Below the pieces are notes generated by a model. That model worked only from the letters and a program-made list of their open reading frames with translations, made no database searches and was not told where the DNA came from. Below are positions 1 through 10,378 of a stretch of 64,000 bases of DNA, piece by piece; the stretch's first letter is position 1; every line of letters begins with the position of its first letter. Origin of the DNA: an uncultured Lachnospiraceae bacterium (GTDB lineage Bacteria; Bacillota; Clostridia; Lachnospirales; Lachnospiraceae). Position numbers and translations under genes: made by a program. The DNA is taken from positions 79,863-143,862 of the forward strand of contig CALWOX010000005.1 of the NCBI GenBank assembly GCA_944383265.1, written 5' to 3'.

Positions 1-63
1 CAGGAAGATCGCTTTTATAATATGATAAAAGTTTAATTAACATATCAAGGAGGAAACAGCGAC

Positions 64-2700
64 ATGGCACAGAAATGGGTGTATATGTTCAAAGAGGGAA
101 ATGCTGAGATGCGTAACCTCTTAGGTGGTAAGGGCGCTAACCTTGCTGAGATGACAAACCTCGGCCTGCCCATCCCTCAGGGATTCACAGTTACTACCGA
201 AGCCTGCACAGATTACTATACTCAGGGAGGAAAGATCTCTGACGAGATTCAGGAGCAGATATTCGAGGCTCTTAAGAAGGTAGAGGAGATCAACGGAAAG
301 AAGTTCGGAGACAATGAGGATCCCCTTCTTGTTTCAGTTCGTTCAGGAGCTCGTGCTTCTATGCCTGGTATGATGGATACCATCCTTAACTTAGGCCTTA
401 ATGATGTGGCTGTTGAGGGCTTCGCAAAGAAGACAGGAAATCCTCGTTTTGCTTATGATTCATACAGAAGATTCATTCAGATGTTCTCAGACGTTGTTAT
501 GGAGATACCCAAGTCAACCTTCGAGAAGATCATCGATGAGGTAAAGGAGCAGAAGGGTGTTAAGTTTGACGTTGAGCTTGATGCTGACGACATGAAGACA
601 CTTATCCTTCGCTTCAAGGAGTACTACAAGGAGCAGAAGGGTACAGAGTTCCCTCAGGATCCCAAGGAGCAGCTCATGGAGGCTGTTAAGGCTGTATTCC
701 GTTCATGGAACAACCCTCGTGCTATCGTATATCGTCGTATGAACGACATTCCCGGAGATTGGGGAACAGCCGTAAACGTACAGACCATGGTATTCGGTAA
801 CATGGGCAATACATCAGGAACAGGTGTTGCATTCACACGTAACCCCGCTACAGGTTCTACAGGAATCTTCGGTGAGTACCTTATCAATGCTCAGGGTGAG
901 GACGTTGTTGCAGGTGTTCGTACACCTCAGCCCATCTCAAAGCTTGAGGAGGATCTTCCCGAGTGCTACAAGCAGTTCGTAGACCTTGCTATGAAGCTTG
1001 AGAACCATTACAGAGATATGCAGGATATGGAGTTCACCATTCAGGAGGGCAAGCTCTACTTCCTTCAGACACGTAACGGAAAGAGAACAGCTCCCGCTGC
1101 TATAAAGATCGCTTGTGACCTTGTTGACGAGGGCAAGATCACTTCTGAGGAGGCTGTTTGCAGAATAGACGCAAAGTCACTTGACCAGCTTCTTCATCCT
1201 ACATTTGATCCCGATGCTCTTAAGGCAGGCGAGGTCATCGGTTCAGCTCTTCCCGCTTCACCCGGAGCTGCTGCAGGTAAGGTTTACTTCACCGCAGAGG
1301 ATGCAAAGAACGCTCATGAGAAGGGTGAGAGAGTTATCCTTGTAAGACTTGAGACATCACCCGAGGACATCGAGGGTATGCATGCTTCAGAGGGTATCCT
1401 TACAGTTCGCGGAGGTATGACATCACACGCAGCCGTTGTTGCTCGTGGAATGGGAACCTGCTGCGTATCAGGATGCGGCGAGATAAAGATCGACGAGGAG
1501 GCTAAGTACTTCGAGCTCGGCGGACATACATATCATGAGGGAGATTACATCTCACTTGACGGTTCAACAGGTAAGATCTACGACGGAGATATAAAGACAA
1601 GAGAGGCTACAGTCGGCGGAGACTTCAAGCGTATCATGGACTGGGCTGATCAGTACAGAGAGCTCGGTGTTCGTACAAATGCCGACACACCTAAGGACAC
1701 AGCAAACGCTGTAAACCTTGGAGCAGAGGGAATCGGACTTTGCCGTACAGAGCATATGTTCTTTGAGCCCGACAGAATTCCCAAGATCAGAAAGATGATC
1801 CTTTCAGAGACTGTAGAGGCTCGTGAGGAGGCTCTCAATGAGCTCCTTCCTTTCCAGAAGGGAGACTTCAAGGCTATGTACAAGGCTCTTGAAGGAAAGC
1901 CTATGACAGTAAGATACATCGATCCGCCTCTTCATGAGTTCGTTCCCAAGACAGATGAGGAGATCGCTGATCTCGCTAAGGATATGGGACTTACTGTAGA
2001 GCACGTTAAGGCGGTTTGCGACAGCCTTCACGAGTTCAACCCTATGATGGGACACAGAGGATGCCGTCTTGCAGTTACATATCCCGAGATCGCAAGAATG
2101 CAGACCAGAGCTATCATGGAAGCTGCTATCGAGGTTCATGAGGAGGACGGATTTGATATCGTTCCTGAGCTCATGGTTCCCCTCGTAGGAGACAAGAAGG
2201 AGCTTAAGTTCGTTAAGGACGTTATCGTTGAGACAGCTGAGGCTGTTAAGAAAGAGAAGGGCTCCGATATGCACTATAAGGTTGGTACAATGATCGAGAT
2301 CCCTCGTGCCGCTCTTATGGCAGGAGAGATCGCTGAGGAGGCTGAGTTCTTCTCATTCGGTACAAACGACCTTACACAGATGACCTTCGGCTTCTCACGT
2401 GACGATGCAGGTAAGTTCCTTGACGCTTACTACGGAGCAAAGATCTACGAGTTCGATCCCTTCGCTAAGCTTGACCAGGCAGGCGTAGGCCAGCTTGTTG
2501 AGATGGCTGTTACAAAGGGACGCGCTACAAGACCTGACCTCAAGTGCGGTATCTGCGGAGAGCACGGCGGAGATCCTTCAACTGTAGAGTTCTGCGACAA
2601 GGTTGGACTTAACTACGTATCATGCTCACCTTTCAGAGTACCTATTGCAAGACTTGCTGCTGCACAGGCTGCTCTTCACAGAAAGGGAATCGTTAAATAA
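64..2700 (+). CDS. ppdK: pyruvate, phosphate dikinase
   Basis: 878-aa ORF. It has an N-terminal ATP-grasp region (GGKGANLAEM), the phospho-His swivel motif GGMTSHAAVVARGMG and a C-terminal PEP-utilising barrel (GICGEHGGDP). An AAGGAGG RBS lies about 10 nt upstream of the ATG. Confidence 0.97.
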   Translation: MAQKWVYMFKEGNAEMRNLLGGKGANLAEMTNLGLPIPQGFTVTTEACTDYYTQGGKISDEIQEQIFEALKKVEEINGKKFGDNEDPLLVSVRSGARASMPGMMDTILNLGLNDVAVEGFAKKTGNPRFAYDSYRRFIQMFSDVVMEIPKSTFEKIIDEVKEQKGVKFDVELDADDMKTLILRFKEYYKEQKGTEFPQDPKEQLMEAVKAVFRSWNNPRAIVYRRMNDIPGDWGTAVNVQTMVFGNMGNTSGTGVAFTRNPATGSTGIFGEYLINAQGEDVVAGVRTPQPISKLEEDLPECYKQFVDLAMKLENHYRDMQDMEFTIQEGKLYFLQTRNGKRTAPAAIKIACDLVDEGKITSEEAVCRIDAKSLDQLLHPTFDPDALKAGEVIGSALPASPGAAAGKVYFTAEDAKNAHEKGERVILVRLETSPEDIEGMHASEGILTVRGGMTSHAAVVARGMGTCCVSGCGEIKIDEEAKYFELGGHTYHEGDYISLDGSTGKIYDGDIKTREATVGGDFKRIMDWADQYRELGVRTNADTPKDTANAVNLGAEGIGLCRTEHMFFEPDRIPKIRKMILSETVEAREEALNELLPFQKGDFKAMYKALEGKPMTVRYIDPPLHEFVPKTDEEIADLAKDMGLTVEHVKAVCDSLHEFNPMMGHRGCRLAVTYPEIARMQTRAIMEAAIEVHEEDGFDIVPELMVPLVGDKKELKFVKDVIVETAEAVKKEKGSDMHYKVGTMIEIPRAALMAGEIAEEAEFFSFGTNDLTQMTFGFSRDDAGKFLDAYYGAKIYEFDPFAKLDQAGVGQLVEMAVTKGRATRPDLKCGICGEHGGDPSTVEFCDKVGLNYVSCSPFRVPIARLAAAQAALHRKGIVK

Positions 2701-2803
2701 ATAATTTGCGTAAAAGCGCATATCTTAAAGAAAAAGACGCAAATGGCAGAGTGGCAAAAAGTATTGTAAAAATACCGATCTGTGCCAAGCGGACGTAAAT
2801 AAG

Positions 2804-2858
2804 AAAACTCTATGTGAATGGATCATATCATGGCCATTTGCATAGAGTTTTTCTTTTG
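2804..2858 (+). terminator. intrinsic terminator downstream of ppdK
   Basis: Long hairpin: AAAACTCTATG..AATGG..loop..CCATT..CATAGAGTTTT, followed by a T-rich run (TTTTTCTTTT). Confidence 0.75.
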
Positions 2859-2935
2859 CTTTTTTGATTATATTCTGCTACGGCTATTATATCCTCTGAT
2901 TTTTCATTTTCCGGTTGATAGCTTATTACGCCTAT

Positions 2936-2958
2936 AGGAGGCCTTTCCTCCTTTTTTG
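2936..2958 (+). terminator. second short hairpin plus T-run (tandem terminator or 3' end of a small transcript)
   Basis: AGGAGG-CCTTT-CCTCCT stem-loop followed immediately by TTTTT. No ORF lies between this and the first terminator. Confidence 0.35.
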
Positions 2959-3069
2959 TTGTTAAAACTACATAATAGAATCCCGCAAAAGGACTATAAT
3001 AAGTATATAAAGCAAAAGAGCTTTATAAAAAGCCGAAAGTATAAGGAGCTTTTGGCGTAAAGATAATAC

Positions 3070-3098
3070 TTGCCTAATCTCTACTAAAGTAGTATGAT
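3070..3098 (+). promoter_or_regulatory. sigma-70-like promoter for eno
   Basis: TTGCCT (3070-3075), 17-nt spacer, TATGAT (3093-3098). This leaves a 5' UTR of about 130 nt before the eno ATG. Confidence 0.5.
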
Positions 3099-3227
3099 TA
3101 AAGCGAGAGTTAGATATATTTAACTCAAATGACTGAAACAATACGACAATCAATGTTTACAGGATGGGTAAATACCAATACAGACTAGAATATAGGAAGG
3201 GAGAGAGGGAACAGATTCCCGCGGTAA

Positions 3228-4535
<1,308 letters not shown>

Positions 4536-4654
4536 TATCCGAAGCCGGTCCCATACTGCAAGGCAAGGCATATATAAAGGCAGCGCGGGATAAGCCCGGT
4601 ATCGGACAGAGCTGTCGGATGGTTTTATGAAAGGAATACAGGATATATAATATT

Positions 4655-5599
4655 ATGATAAATACAGGTAAGGCCGCAGTTATAGGCTGCGGATTTGTGG
4701 GAGCATCTATTGCTTTTGCTCTTATGCAGAAGAGGCTCTTTTCGGAGCTGGTGCTTATTGATTCAAATGTAGAAAAAGCCGAGGGTGAGGCTATGGATCT
4801 CTCCGACGGGCTTCCTTATGCGGGAACTATGGATATACATGCAGGGTCCTATGAGGATCTTTCGGATTGTGATCTTGCTATTATTACAGCGGGAGCTAAT
4901 CAAAAGCCCGGTGAGACAAGACTTGATCTCATAGATAAGAACGTGGCTATACTTAAGTCGATTATCCCTGAGATCACAAAAAGCGACTTTAAGGGCATAC
5001 TGATGATAGTGTCTAATCCTGTAGATGTTCTGACATATGCCGCATACAAGATCTCAGGATATCCGGCGGAAAGAGTAATAGGCTCAGGAACCGTTCTTGA
5101 CACGGCAAGGCTCAAGCAGCTTCTGTCGGAGCATCTGGAGGTGGACTCAAGGAGTGTACATGCTGTAATAATAGGTGAGCATGGAGACAGCGAGCTGGCC
5201 GTATGGAGCGGAGCCAATGTATCAGGAATAGATCTTAACCATTTCTGCGAGCTGAGAGGACACTATGACCACGAGAGAGCAATGCGACTTATATATGAAA
5301 GCGTAAGAGACAGCGCCTATGAGATCATAAAGAGAAAGGGAGCTACATATTATGGTATAGCTATGGCTGTATCAAGGATAGCCGAGAGTATAATGAAGGA
5401 CGAGCATTCCGTACTTCCTGTGTCGGTAGTATTAAACGGCGAGTACGGCATATCCGATATATGCCTGAGCATACCCTCAATAGTAGGAAAAACAGGAATA
5501 GAGAAGGTGCTGGAAATACCTCTCAGTGCGGAGGAAAAAGACAGCCTTATAAAATCTGCGGAAAGCATTAAGGCTGTAGCTGAAAAAACAGAGCTTTGA
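4655..5599 (+). CDS. ldh: L-lactate dehydrogenase
   Basis: 314 aa. It has the Rossmann motif VIGCGFVGAS, the substrate/active-site region ITAGANQKPGETRLDL and the catalytic-His segment IGEHGDSE. Confidence 0.93.
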   Translation: MINTGKAAVIGCGFVGASIAFALMQKRLFSELVLIDSNVEKAEGEAMDLSDGLPYAGTMDIHAGSYEDLSDCDLAIITAGANQKPGETRLDLIDKNVAILKSIIPEITKSDFKGILMIVSNPVDVLTYAAYKISGYPAERVIGSGTVLDTARLKQLLSEHLEVDSRSVHAVIIGEHGDSELAVWSGANVSGIDLNHFCELRGHYDHERAMRLIYESVRDSAYEIIKRKGATYYGIAMAVSRIAESIMKDEHSVLPVSVVLNGEYGISDICLSIPSIVGKTGIEKVLEIPLSAEEKDSLIKSAESIKAVAEKTEL

Positions 5600-5686
5600 T
5601 ATTAATATAAGCTAAAAAGAAAAGCTGTGCCTTGAGGCCAAGACACAAAAGATACCGTGCTTTGGCTGTCAGGGTACAGTTTTTAT

Positions 5687-6334
5687 TTAATCCTTTAATA
5701 GTATTTTGTTTTTTTCGTATTCAATCAGCCCGTCTCTTTGCATTTTTGAAAGCTCATTGCACATAGTGCTTCTGTCAACATTAAGATAATCCGCAAGCTG
5801 CTGTCGGTTATAGGGGATAATGAAGGAGCTGCCCCCGGATCGTTTTGCACATTCAGAAAAGTATGACATCAGCCGCCCACGTATGGATTTCGGACTTGTG
5901 TGCAGCATCCTTTGGGATAGACTGAGACTCTTTTTGGCGCATACAAAAAGCAGATTTTGAGCAAGTCTTGAGTGAAAGGGGCAGGCGTTGGTGCATGTGG
6001 TCAAGATACGTCCTGCATTCATAAAAAGTATTTCTGTATCTTCGGCGGCGGACACAGAAACAAGCATGGGCTGACCCGGAATGCACGCATATACTTCGGC
6101 AAAGACAGACCCCGGGGCAACATTTCCGAGAATGCTGTTATTTCCCCAAATATCGCAGCAGGATATTAAGGCCATGCCTGAAAGTACTATTCCGATATTT
6201 TCCGTAGAGCTACCCTCGGAAAGTATAGTCTCGCCTTTTTTATAGTTTCGCCGTGAGGCGTTGAGACATAAAAGAAGGGATTTGATTTCTTCCTCATTCA
6301 ACCCGCGAAAAAGGAGGGTATCGGACAATTTCAT
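5687..6334 (-). CDS. Crp/Fnr family transcriptional regulator (HcpR-like by context)
   Basis: N-terminal cNMP-binding-like domain (LFRGLNEEEI...) and C-terminal HTH (RQQLADYLNVDRSTMCNELSKM). I moved the start from 6373 to the ATG at 6334, which is preceded by GGAGG. The gene is divergent from the hcp operon. Confidence 0.85.
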   Translation of the reverse strand: MKLSDTLLFRGLNEEEIKSLLLCLNASRRNYKKGETILSEGSSTENIGIVLSGMALISCCDIWGNNSILGNVAPGSVFAEVYACIPGQPMLVSVSAAEDTEILFMNAGRILTTCTNACPFHSRLAQNLLFVCAKKSLSLSQRMLHTSPKSIRGRLMSYFSECAKRSGGSSFIIPYNRQQLADYLNVDRSTMCNELSKMQRDGLIEYEKNKILLKD

Positions 6335-6378
6335 ATAAATCCTCCAAAAGTTGTTATGACAACAGATATTCATAAAAA

Positions 6379-6420
6379 AATATAGTATATTTGCGATACA
6401 AAGACAAGAGCAAATATTAT
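6379..6420. promoter_or_regulatory. back-to-back divergent promoters (Crp/Fnr gene and ferredoxin-hcp operon)
   Basis: Plus strand: TTGCGA (6391-6396), 18 nt, TATTAT (6415-6420). Minus strand: TTGTCT (6407-6402), 17 nt, TATATT (6384-6379). Two inverted repeats flank the region: GTTGTTATGACAAC at 6350-6363, and TCAGAGA..TCTCTGA at 6443-6478. Confidence 0.4.
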
Positions 6421-6520
6421 TGCCGTAGAAATATCCATGGCATCAGAGAGGATTCCTGTAAAGAATGCCTATCTCTGAAAGGACTATAAGAAATAATCAA
6501 AGGGAAAGGGAAAAACGGAT

Positions 6521-7189
6521 ATGATCAGAAAGATTATCAAGATAGATGAAGAAAAATGCAACGGATGCGGGGCCTGCGCCTCTGCCTGCCATGAAGGCGC
6601 TATTGGAATGATAAACGGAAAAGCAAAGCTTTTGAGGGATGATTACTGCGATGGGCTTGGGGACTGCCTGCCGGCCTGTCCTACAGGGGCAATAAGCTTT
6701 GAGGAAAGAGAGGCGGCTGAATATGACAGGGCTGCAGTATTAGAGAAAATGAACAGAGACGGCATCGATCCGGCTAAAGATAAATCTTGTGAAAGCCGGG
6801 ATGAAGCGGAGAAAAAAGCTCCAGATTCAGAGCTTGCCCAATGGCCTTGTCAGATAAAGCTTATGCCGATAAATGCTCCATATTTTGACGGGGCAAATCT
6901 TCTTATTGCGGCTGACTGTACGGCATATGCTTACAGCAGGATCCATGAGGATTTTATGAGGGGCAGGATAACCCTCATAGGATGCCCTAAGCTTGACAGC
7001 ATAGACTACAGCGAAAAGCTTGCGCAGATACTCAAAAACAACAGTATTCAGAGCGTAACAGTTGTAAGAATGGAGGTTCCTTGTTGCAGGGGATTGGAGC
7101 TTGCAGTAAAGAGAGCGCTTGATGAAAGCGGGAAATTTATCCCTTCTCAGGTAATTATCATTTCGACCGAGGGAAAAATAAAGAGATAA
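6521..7189 (+). CDS. 4Fe-4S dicluster domain protein (ferredoxin-like, Hcp-associated)
   Basis: 222 aa. The N-terminus carries two Cys motifs, CNGCGACASAC and CDGLGDCLPACP. A Cys-containing C-terminal domain follows (VPCCRG). The gene sits directly upstream of hcp. Confidence 0.8.
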   Translation: MIRKIIKIDEEKCNGCGACASACHEGAIGMINGKAKLLRDDYCDGLGDCLPACPTGAISFEEREAAEYDRAAVLEKMNRDGIDPAKDKSCESRDEAEKKAPDSELAQWPCQIKLMPINAPYFDGANLLIAADCTAYAYSRIHEDFMRGRITLIGCPKLDSIDYSEKLAQILKNNSIQSVTVVRMEVPCCRGLELAVKRALDESGKFIPSQVIIISTEGKIKR

Positions 7190-7261
7190 CAGCTGCGGAT
7201 ATGATTTAGTTTTTCAATGATGATTCGACAGCATGATCAAAACAAAAGGAGGCACATAACT

Positions 7262-8899
7262 ATGGAACAGAAGATGTTTTGCTATCAATGTCAGGAGACC
7301 GCAGGCTGTAAGGGCTGCACTATGTCGGGAGTATGCGGCAAAAAGCCGGATGTCGCGGCAATGCAGGATCTGCTTGTATATGTCACAAAGGGTCTTTCCG
7401 CAATTACAACAGAGTTGAGGAGAGAGGGTAAAGAGGTTTCTTCGGAGATAAACCATATGGTCACAGGAAATCTGTTTACGACTATTACCAATGCAAACTT
7501 TGACAAGGAGAGTATAAAGGAAAGGATCAGCGCAACACTTGAAACAAGCGCGTTATTATTAAATGAGCTTGGAGATAAGTCAGACCTTCCTGAGGCATCG
7601 AAATGGGATGGCACTCAGGATTGGGAGGAAAAAGCGGCCAAGACGGGTGTCCTTTCAACGGAAAAAGAGGATATACGTTCTCTGAGAGAGCTTATCACAT
7701 ATGGGATAAAGGGACTTTCGGCATATTCGAAGCACGCCAATGTACTGCTTAAGGATGACGAGGAGACAGATGCATTCATTCAGAGAGCGCTTGCCGCAAC
7801 TCTCGATGACAGACTCAGTCCTGAGGAGCTTGTGGAATTGGTATTGGAAACGGGAAGGTTCGGAGTGGAGGGCATGGCTCTTCTTGACAAGGCCAACACG
7901 GAGGCTTATGGCGATCCTGAGATCACAAGGGTAGATATAGGAGTAAGAGAAAATCCTGCCATACTTATATCGGGACATGATCTCAGGGATCTTGAGATGC
8001 TGCTTGAGCAGACTGAGGGAACAGGTGTGGATGTGTATACACATTCCGAGATGCTGCCCGCTCACTATTATCCGGCATTTAAAAAGTATCCTCACTTTGC
8101 GGGAAACTACGGAAATGCATGGTGGAAGCAGAAGGAAGAATTTGAAGCCTTTAACGGTCCTGTGCTTATGACGACAAACTGCATCGTTCCTCCCAAGGAC
8201 AGCTATAAGGACAGACTTTATACAACAGGGGCTGCAGGTTATCCGGGGTGCAGGCATATACCAGGAGGCATAGGTGAAGAAAAGGACTTTTCATCAATTA
8301 TAGAACAGGCAAAGACCTGTCCGCCTCCTTCCGAGATAGAGAAGGGAGAGATAACGGGAGGCTTTGCCCATGCACAGGTCTTCGCCCTTGCTGATAAGAT
8401 CACTGAGGCTGTAAAAAGCGGAGCGATAAAAAAATTCGTAGTTATGGCAGGCTGTGACGGACGTTCAATGAGCAGGGATTATTACACAAAATTTGCAGAG
8501 GCCTTGCCTGCCGACACAGTGATTCTTACTGCAGGATGTGCAAAGTACAGATACAACAAGCTTCCCTTGGGGGATATAAATGGTATTCCGAGAGTTCTGG
8601 ACGCGGGACAATGCAATGATTCTTACTCATTGGCGGTGATAGCTCTTAAGCTTAAAGAGATCTTCGGTTTGAACGATATTAATGAACTGCCCATTATTTA
8701 TAATATAGCATGGTATGAACAGAAGGCTGTGATAGTTCTTTTGGCATTGCTTTATCTGGGAGTTAAAAACATACATCTGGGGCCTACCCTTCCTGCTTTC
8801 TTGAGTCCGGGTGTGGCGAAGATTTTGACTGACAGCTTCGGAATTTCGGAAATAGGAACAGTTGATGAGGATATGAAGCTTTTCTTCGGAGAGGATTAA
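7262..8899 (+). CDS. hcp: hybrid-cluster protein / hydroxylamine reductase
   Basis: N-terminal Cys cluster [23 protein letters not shown], with Hcp-typical length and C-terminal region. I trimmed the start to the ATG at 7262, which is preceded by AGGAGG. The upstream 15 codons in the track lack an RBS. Confidence 0.95.
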   Translation: MEQKMFCYQCQETAGCKGCTMSGVCGKKPDVAAMQDLLVYVTKGLSAITTELRREGKEVSSEINHMVTGNLFTTITNANFDKESIKERISATLETSALLLNELGDKSDLPEASKWDGTQDWEEKAAKTGVLSTEKEDIRSLRELITYGIKGLSAYSKHANVLLKDDEETDAFIQRALAATLDDRLSPEELVELVLETGRFGVEGMALLDKANTEAYGDPEITRVDIGVRENPAILISGHDLRDLEMLLEQTEGTGVDVYTHSEMLPAHYYPAFKKYPHFAGNYGNAWWKQKEEFEAFNGPVLMTTNCIVPPKDSYKDRLYTTGAAGYPGCRHIPGGIGEEKDFSSIIEQAKTCPPPSEIEKGEITGGFAHAQVFALADKITEAVKSGAIKKFVVMAGCDGRSMSRDYYTKFAEALPADTVILTAGCAKYRYNKLPLGDINGIPRVLDAGQCNDSYSLAVIALKLKEIFGLNDINELPIIYNIAWYEQKAVIVLLALLYLGVKNIHLGPTLPAFLSPGVAKILTDSFGISEIGTVDEDMKLFFGED

Positions 8900-8978
8900 T
8901 GACCAAATAGGCGGCCATGTATAGCATAAGATTCAACTTTTATTTCAGGCTTACAGAAAAAAGATAAGGCACAGAGGT

Positions 8979-9021
8979 GGTACCAAGAGTCATAGGATGA
9001 CTTTTGGTACCCTTATTTTTT
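8979..9021 (+). terminator. intrinsic terminator after hcp
   Basis: 15-bp stem GGTACCAAGAGTCAT / ATGACTTTTGGTACC with one mismatch and a 3-nt loop, followed by CTTATTTTTT. Confidence 0.8.
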
Positions 9022-9050
9022 ATAGCCCTTTACAATTTCTTATCATGATT

Positions 9051-9079
9051 TTAGAATATAGTGAGGTATGTGATATAAT
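9051..9079 (+). promoter_or_regulatory. promoter with extended -10 for the microprotein / polyferredoxin pair
   Basis: TGATATAAT (TGnTATAAT) at 9071-9079, with a weak -35 TTAGAA at 9051-9056 and a 17-nt spacer. An 8-bp palindrome ATCATGAT lies just upstream (9043-9050). Confidence 0.45.
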
Positions 9080-9107
9080 TACGCAAAGCCTGTAAAGGAG
9101 ATAAAAA

Positions 9108-9245
9108 ATGAAGCTCAGAGCTTTGAGATATATTTTGCTTTTGGCCTCCGCTGCAATGATATATGCGGGAATAACAACAGGGGAGGCGGAGACTGTATTC
9201 CGCAAGGCGGCCTATATATGCCTTGAGTGCATTGGAATAGGTTAA
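9108..9245 (+). CDS. 45-aa CXXC microprotein (resembles the CD1871A-family small CXXC proteins); not in the ORF track
   Basis: The ATG at 9108 is preceded by AAAGGAG (9094-9100). The translation is MKLRALRYILLLASAAMIYAGITTGEAETVFRKAAYICLECIGIG: one hydrophobic helix plus a C-terminal CLEC motif. It lies immediately upstream of a membrane 4Fe-4S protein. As far as I recall, that is the usual partner for this small-protein family. Confidence 0.55.
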   Translation: MKLRALRYILLLASAAMIYAGITTGEAETVFRKAAYICLECIGIG

Positions 9246-9321
9246 GGCCGGTCTGACATCTTGTGATCTGAAGAATTGCTTTAAAACACACGGTCTGTGT
9301 AAGCGGAAGAGGGAAGAATAT

Positions 9322-10275
9322 ATGTCATCTAAAATAAGGCCTGTATTTCAGGCGGTTTGGACAGCTCTCACAAACGGATATGTGAGAGGCTTTATGGAAG
9401 GAAAAATATATCAGGGAGAATCAAAGAAGCTTTGTGTTCCGGGGCTTAATTGCTACTCTTGCCCCGGAGCGCGTTTTGCCTGTCCTATAGGCTCGCTTCA
9501 GGCCGTGCTTGACTCGGGACAATACAGGATAAGCCTGTATGTGCTGGGCTTCATGGCAGCCTTCGGAGTGCTTTTAGGGAGGTTCGTATGCGGATGGCTG
9601 TGTCCCTTCGGCTTTGTCCAGGATCTGCTTTATAAGATACCGATAGGATATAAGAAGGGAGCAGGACAGAGGAAAGGACCGGAAGCCGGAGGGAAAAGCA
9701 AGGACGGCTGCACAAGCCGTGTAAAGAGAAAAAACTTACCCGGACACAAATATCTCATATATCTTAAGTATGTAATACTTGCCTTTTTCGTTGTGATACT
9801 GCCTATGACTGTAACGAACTTTATGGGTATGGGAGATCCGTGGTTCTGCAAATACGTATGTCCGAGCGGGACTCTTCTTGCAGGCATTCCCATGCTTATC
9901 ATGAATGAGCCTTTGAGAGGAGCCATAGGAGCTTTGTTTTCATGGAAGACCTTTATACTGGTCGTGGTGGTTTTGCTGTCGATATGGTATTATCGGCCTT
10001 TCTGCAAGTATCTTTGTCCGTTGGGAGCCTTTTACGGCTTCTTTAACAAGGCGGCCTTTTACAGGCTTAATGTAAATGAAGACAAGTGTATAAAATGCGG
10101 AAAATGTCAGTCGGCGTGCGGCATGGATATTAAAACATGGGAGAATCCGAACAGTATGGAATGTATACGATGCGGAGACTGCAAGACTGCATGTCCTACA
10201 GGAGCGATCACATCGAGCATGGAGGAATTGATACGAGAGCTGAAGAGCAAGGGATCGAAGGAAGTATCCTCATGA
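9322..10275 (+). CDS. membrane-bound 4Fe-4S binding protein (NapH/YccM-like polyferredoxin)
   Basis: 317 aa. It has several TM segments, paired CxxC/CP motifs in the membrane part (CYSCPGARFACP, CGWLCPFG, CKYVCPSG, CKYLCPLG) and a C-terminal 2x[4Fe-4S] motif (CIKCGKCQSAC, CIRCGDCKTACP). Confidence 0.8.
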   Translation: MSSKIRPVFQAVWTALTNGYVRGFMEGKIYQGESKKLCVPGLNCYSCPGARFACPIGSLQAVLDSGQYRISLYVLGFMAAFGVLLGRFVCGWLCPFGFVQDLLYKIPIGYKKGAGQRKGPEAGGKSKDGCTSRVKRKNLPGHKYLIYLKYVILAFFVVILPMTVTNFMGMGDPWFCKYVCPSGTLLAGIPMLIMNEPLRGAIGALFSWKTFILVVVVLLSIWYYRPFCKYLCPLGAFYGFFNKAAFYRLNVNEDKCIKCGKCQSACGMDIKTWENPNSMECIRCGDCKTACPTGAITSSMEELIRELKSKGSKEVSS

Positions 10276-10378
10276 TTTGCAATGGGATGGCAAATCAGGT
10301 TGAATAAAATGCTAAATCATGATTTACTAAATCGTGATTTAGTAATCACTTTTTTCTCAAAGTTGCTAAAAAAATCCT

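Noticed and set aside
1804-2274. 156-aa minus-strand ORF, plus the other minus-strand ORFs at 654-887, 1564-1755 and 1650-1919, inside ppdK
   Set aside because: They are entirely antisense to a confidently identified and strongly codon-biased gene. They have no RBS and their translations are low-complexity. These are shadow ORFs.
6335-6373. N-terminal extensions proposed by the ORF track. Affected genes: Crp/Fnr, hcp, carB, the carbamoylase, MarR, YjiH/YjiG-like, M20D, PurO-like, purL, aspS, YerC and the GlnQ-like ATPase
   Set aside because: In each case an internal ATG with a well-spaced AGGAGG-type RBS and a family-typical N-terminus exists. The upstream codons are AT-rich, overlap the previous gene or lack an RBS. 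I trimmed the starts accordingly.
7655-8257. 200-aa minus-strand ORF, and small plus-strand out-of-frame ORFs, within hcp
   Set aside because: They are antisense or out of frame relative to the Hcp coding sequence, with no recognisable motifs or translation signals.
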